DNA of 64,000 nt, from the NCBI GenBank assembly GCA_043228905.1, contig JBHGNT010000018.1, positions 4,340,001 through 4,404,000 of the forward strand, given 5' to 3'. This document shows, in pieces, positions 59,729 to 64,000 of the stretch. The position numbers and the translations under genes were made by a program. This DNA is from Azolla caroliniana (taxonomy: Eukaryota; Plantae; Polypodiophyta). Numbering within the stretch: position 1 is the first letter of the stretch; each line of letters begins with the position of its first letter. The notes below the pieces were generated by a model. The model saw nothing but the letters and a program-made list of their open reading frames with translations. It had not been told where the DNA came from and ran no database searches.

Positions 59729-59947
59729 GCGTCCCAACATATGACCAGTAATCGTGACTAGTATAGCTCTTGGACACCTCTACAAGAGCCCATCAGTGTT
59801 GTAGTCGGGAACAATGCTCGATGTTCAGCCAAAGGAAACGAAACTGTCTCCCTCAAAGCAACGACTGGCGGGACAAAGCATCTCTCTCAAGTGTTGTACG
59901 TGCCAAATCTCAAGAAGAATCTATTGTCCATTTCTGCACTGACCGAC

Positions 59948-62900
59948 TGATAGGAACTACACGCTCCCGATGAACAATGCTCGGCCACAACCGAGCTTAG
60001 AATCAAAACACAGAAAAACGGGGAATGAATGCACGACACAATGGAGAGAAGAGTACACAGGATGTTTACGTGGAAAACCCAAACACAGGAAAAACCACGG
60101 CAGTCCACTAACTGCTAACTATCACTATGTAACAATATACAATAGATGAACACAGAGGCAACGACCTCTTGTTCACTGTCTTCGCCACAGGCAGCGGTTA
60201 CAACAGAGATACGAACTCTTCGTCTCTTTCTCTCTATCTCTCTCTCTCTGTACACTGTTGCGCTCTAATCTTGCGCCAACAAGAATGACAACAACTCTAT
60301 ACTAAGTTTTCCCTAAGTCATATTTATACTAATATGACTTTTCGGCTATTTACAAATATAGCCCCGATGGCCTCTCAGGAAACATATTTCCGAATATGTC
60401 CCTTCATCCGGTGAGCACTTCTCACCGGACCTTCACCATCCAGCTCTTGCCGAGTACTCCTCATCCGGTTCTCACCGGGTCTTCCGTAGCTGGGTACTCC
60501 TCATCCGGTTCTCACCGGGTCTTCCGTAGCCGGGTACTCCTCATCCAGTTCTCACCAGGTCTTCCGTTGCCGAGTACTCCAATCCCATTCGGAGGGACCT
60601 GTTTCCTAACAAACTCCCCCTTCACTCCGGCATGGGATGTCTTACTAGTCTGATCCGCTTCCGACATGCATCCAGCTTGTCAGGTATCAGTACTTTGGTC
60701 AGCATATCTGGCCCGTTCTCGGCCGTGTGGATCTTCATCAGCGCGAACTCTCGGTCTTCCACTTGCTCCCGGATCCAGTGATAACTACGCTGGATGTGCT
60801 TTGTCCTGGAGTGGTACGTTGCGTTCTTAGCAAGGTGGATGACACTTTGACTGTCGTAGTAGAGCCAGTATTCATCTTGCCGGATACCGAGCTCTCCGAT
60901 GAAGTCCTTCATCCATAGTATTTCCTTGCCGTCTTCCACAGCCGCCATGTACTCCGCCTCCGTGGTTGACCTTGCAACCGTCTTCTGCAGCCTCGACTAC
61001 CACGAAACAGCTCCCCCTGCATATGTCATTACATACCCGGATGTAGACCGGCTGGTATCCACATCAGCTGACATGTCCGAATCGGTAAAACCGTCAAGTT
61101 GAGGTTTACCGGAGCCGAATCAGAGACACATGTTCGAAGTGCACTTCAAGTACCGGAGTATCCATTTGACCGCGTTCCAGTGCTCCTTGCCGGGATTGCT
61201 CATAAACCGGCTCACCACTCCGACTGCGTATCCTATATCCGGTCGGGTACACACCATTGCGTACATTAAGCTCCCGATGACAGAGGCATATGGAACCTTC
61301 ATCATATCAGTCTTCTCTACTTTCGTCTTCGGGCTTTGCTTACCGGATAATCTGCAGTTTGTCAGGAGTGTCGATCCGACCGGTTTCGCTTCTAACATGT
61401 TGAATCATTGAAGCACCTTTGTCACGTCTTTCTCTTGTGACAGCCACAATTGCTTCGTTGGCCGGTTCCGGATGATATGCATCCCCAGCATCTGTCTTGC
61501 CGGACCCAAGTCTTTCATTGCGAAGGTTCGATTGAGAGCCTTCTTCAACATCCGTATTTTGGCTTGGTCCCGTCCGACGATCAACATGTCGTCCACGGAC
61601 AGAAGGAGTATCAGGAAGTCGCCTCCTTCGAACTTCTTCACAAACACGTAGTGATCGGCCTGCATCTTGTGGTACCCTTGATCGGTCATGAAGGAGTCGA
61701 ACTTCCGGTACCATTGTCGGGGAGCCTGCTTCAGTCCGTACAGGCTCTTCTTCAACCGGCAAACCAGGTGCTCCTTCCCTTTCTCCACGAATCCTTCCGG
61801 TTGCTGCATGTAGATCTCCTCTTCGAGGTCACCGTGAAGGAATGTCGTCTTCACGTCTAGCTGCTCTACCTCGAGGTCCATGCTTGCCGCTATACTCAGC
61901 ACCATCCAGATGGAGGTCATCTTTACTACCAGGGAAAATATCTTGTCGAAGTCCACGCCCTTCTTCTGCTGGAACCCCTTCACCACAATCCTCGCTTTGT
62001 ATCTCGGGGGGTTGCCGGCATCTCCCGGTTTCAACTTGTACACCCACTTGTTTCGGAGTGCCGACTTTCCTTTTGGCAACTCCACCAATTCGTACGTATG
62101 GTTCTCATGCAGGGAATCCATCTCATCATGCATGGCACTTAACCATTTGCGGTTGTGGGTGTCATCCTTCGCTTCTTCGAAGCTTTCTGGCTCTCCCTCA
62201 TCGGTCAGCAGCACATGCTCTGCATCCGGAAATCTCCGGGGGGCCCTTCCCTCTCTGAGAGGATATCTCCGTCTTTGGGCTTCGGTAACCGGCTCCTCCA
62301 TTTGCTCTTCATCCGAATCCGATTCGGGGTCTTGGCTGGTTCCGGTTTTAGCTTCCTCTTCTGCCGGTTCGGTATCCTCACCGTAAACGGCTGGTTCCTC
62401 AAGTGCTAACTGGTCTCTTGCCGGTTGGGTCTGCTCATCGTAGAATCAATCCTTAACGGTCGACTCGGAGTTCATTATCTTCTTCTCCGACTCCCAGTCG
62501 GCGAGCACCTTTCCTCCATGAAGATAATATCTCGACTCCGGAATACCTTCTTGTCGGTCAGGTCCCACACTCGGTAGCCAAACTCATCGTCGTCGTAACC
62601 GAGGAATATGCATGGCCGGGTCTTTGGATCCAACTTTCCTCTCCGGTCCTTAGCAACATGCAAGTACGCGAGACACTCGAACACTTTCAGATGCTGGTAG
62701 GACACTTCCTTACCGGTCCAGACTCTCTGTGGCGTGTCTCCATCCAAGGGCACTGAGGGTGATCTGTTTATCACATACGTCGTTGTCGATAGCGCCTCAG
62801 CCCAAAACGTCTTGGGTACTTTTGCATGCGCCAGCATACTCCGGACCCTCTCCATTATGGTCCGGTTCATCCTCTCGGCCAGCCCGTTTAGTTCCGGCGT

Positions 62901-64000
62901 CTTTGGCACGGTAAATTCGAGCCGGATTCCCTTCGAGCGACAGTACTCCTCGAACTGCCCCCGGTATTCACCTCCGTTATCTGCTCGAACCGCCTTCAGC
63001 TTCCGGCCGGTCTCTCTTTCCACTCTCGCGTGGAGCTCTTTGAAGACGGATAGCACCTGATCCTTCGTCTTCAACGGTGTGGCCCACAACTTCCGGCTGT
63101 GGTCATCTATGAACGTCACGAAGTGCTGCGATCCTGCATGTGACTTCGTGTCCACTTGACACACATCAGTATGCACCAACTCCAATGGTGCATTACATCC
63201 CATCGGTGGCCTTGGTCGGAAGGAGGTTCGGTTTTGCTTATTGGCCAAACAGTCAGTGCACTTCTCCAAGTGCCACAGCTCACCGGCAGTATCAGATGCC
63301 ACGTTCACTTCCTCCGGACATTCATCAGGTATAGCGTGTTTACCTTCCGGGCCCGAGCCACAATCAGGCTTCCTTTGCTGAACTTCATAACACCGTTCCG
63401 GATGCTACCCGTGTAGCCTTCATCATCTAGCCGACCGGCTGATATTAGGTTTAGACGAACCTCTGGAACGTGTCGGACATCCTTCAGCAGCAGCTTGCAT
63501 CCGGTTGGTGTTGTCAACCACACGTCTCCTATGCCGACAATTCGACATGTACCTTCATTCCCCATCCGGACACAACCGTGATCACCGGCTGAGTAGGATG
63601 AGCAGCATTTCCAGTCCGGGGTAAGGTGGAACGACGCTCCGGAGTCGACCACCCAGGTCATCTCGTCGTCCGCAAGGTTTAGCTCACTCTCCTCGGTGAT
63701 GAGCATCAACTCTTCTTCACTTGCCGCGATTGTCGTCGTTCCCTTCTGGTCCGGCCCCCTCCGGTCTTTACCGTTCCGGTCCGGTGTCCGCTTCGAATCA
63801 GTACCGTCGGTTTCCTTGTCTTTTCGAAAGTGCCGACAATTCTTCTGGAAGTGTCCCGGCTTGCCGCAATAGAAGCAAGTAGGCCTCCCCCTTGACTTTG
63901 ACCGTGTCCCCGACTTTTCCCGGTTCTGGGGACTACGGTTCCTTTGTCTTCCGCATTCCGATTCGGTAAGAAGCTCTTTGGAATCAGAGCTCGTATCCTT
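59948..64000 (-). mobile_element. Tnt1/Tork-like Ty1/copia element M (3' LTR 59948-60611; continues beyond the window)
   Basis: LTR TGATAGG...CCTAACA; PPT 60612-60623; HSRTKHI RNase H, LDVKTTFLHGDL RT, LVHTDVC..ADNGGEY..AERMNRTI integrase, WVVDSGASFH protease, CFYCGKPGH. Confidence 0.93.
60405..60580. repeat. ~39-bp tandem repeat in the U3 of the M LTR
   Basis: gtactcctcatccggttctcaccgggtcttccgtagc repeated about 3-4 times. Confidence 0.85.

Larger units (their letters stand above)
54369..59947 (+). mobile_element. Ty1/copia element L, 5' part (LTR 54369-54997, duplicated PBS, gag, protease split by E, then interrupted by M)
   Basis: TGTTAG...CTAACA LTR; TGGTATCAGAGC at 54998 and 55077; KLDGTNYTLWKFKM; CFYCDKKGHTIKDC; WILDSGA|SQHMT rejoined across E; VLYVPNLKKNLLSI. 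Confidence 0.9.

Noticed and set aside
60405-60580. Repeat array in the M LTR as a novel system
   Set aside because: Tandem U3 repeats are common in Tnt1-like LTRs.

Overview
There are no host genes in this window. It is a deeply nested retrotransposon pile from a plant genome, probably a non-seed land plant such as a moss; that is inferred from the lineage mix of Phygy/Selgy-like gypsy, Tcn1-like chromoviruses and Tnt1/Tork-like copia. Three nests were resolved by LTR pairs, PBS/PPT and target-site duplications. Nest 1: an old copia (A0) contains a chromovirus, a hAT MITE and copia A (1490-17213); A contains gypsy B (3260-13133), whose LTR contains the gag-only element C (3855-7413). Nest 2: chromovirus J contains copia G (33286-53091), which contains gypsy F (42005-49576) and a truncated gypsy H with a 3' extra ORF; H contains gag-only element D (34596-38087). 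Nest 3: copia L contains gag-only element E (56269-59728) and copia M. A 5'-truncated LINE, a second hAT MITE and decayed sequence fill 19-30 kb. The four most interesting signals are: (a) ~72-nt tRNA-like A-box/B-box modules lying antisense in the U3 of LTRs from two unrelated gypsy lineages; (b) a family of pol-less LTR elements whose single ORF is Gag capsid + acidic repeats + basic repeats + a conserved Trp-rich motif; (c) a covarying G_GAU_UUU + H-type pseudoknot -1 frameshift signal between protease and RT; (d) CG-centred 4-bp target sites (GCGT three times). All calls are by eye, with no database searches.
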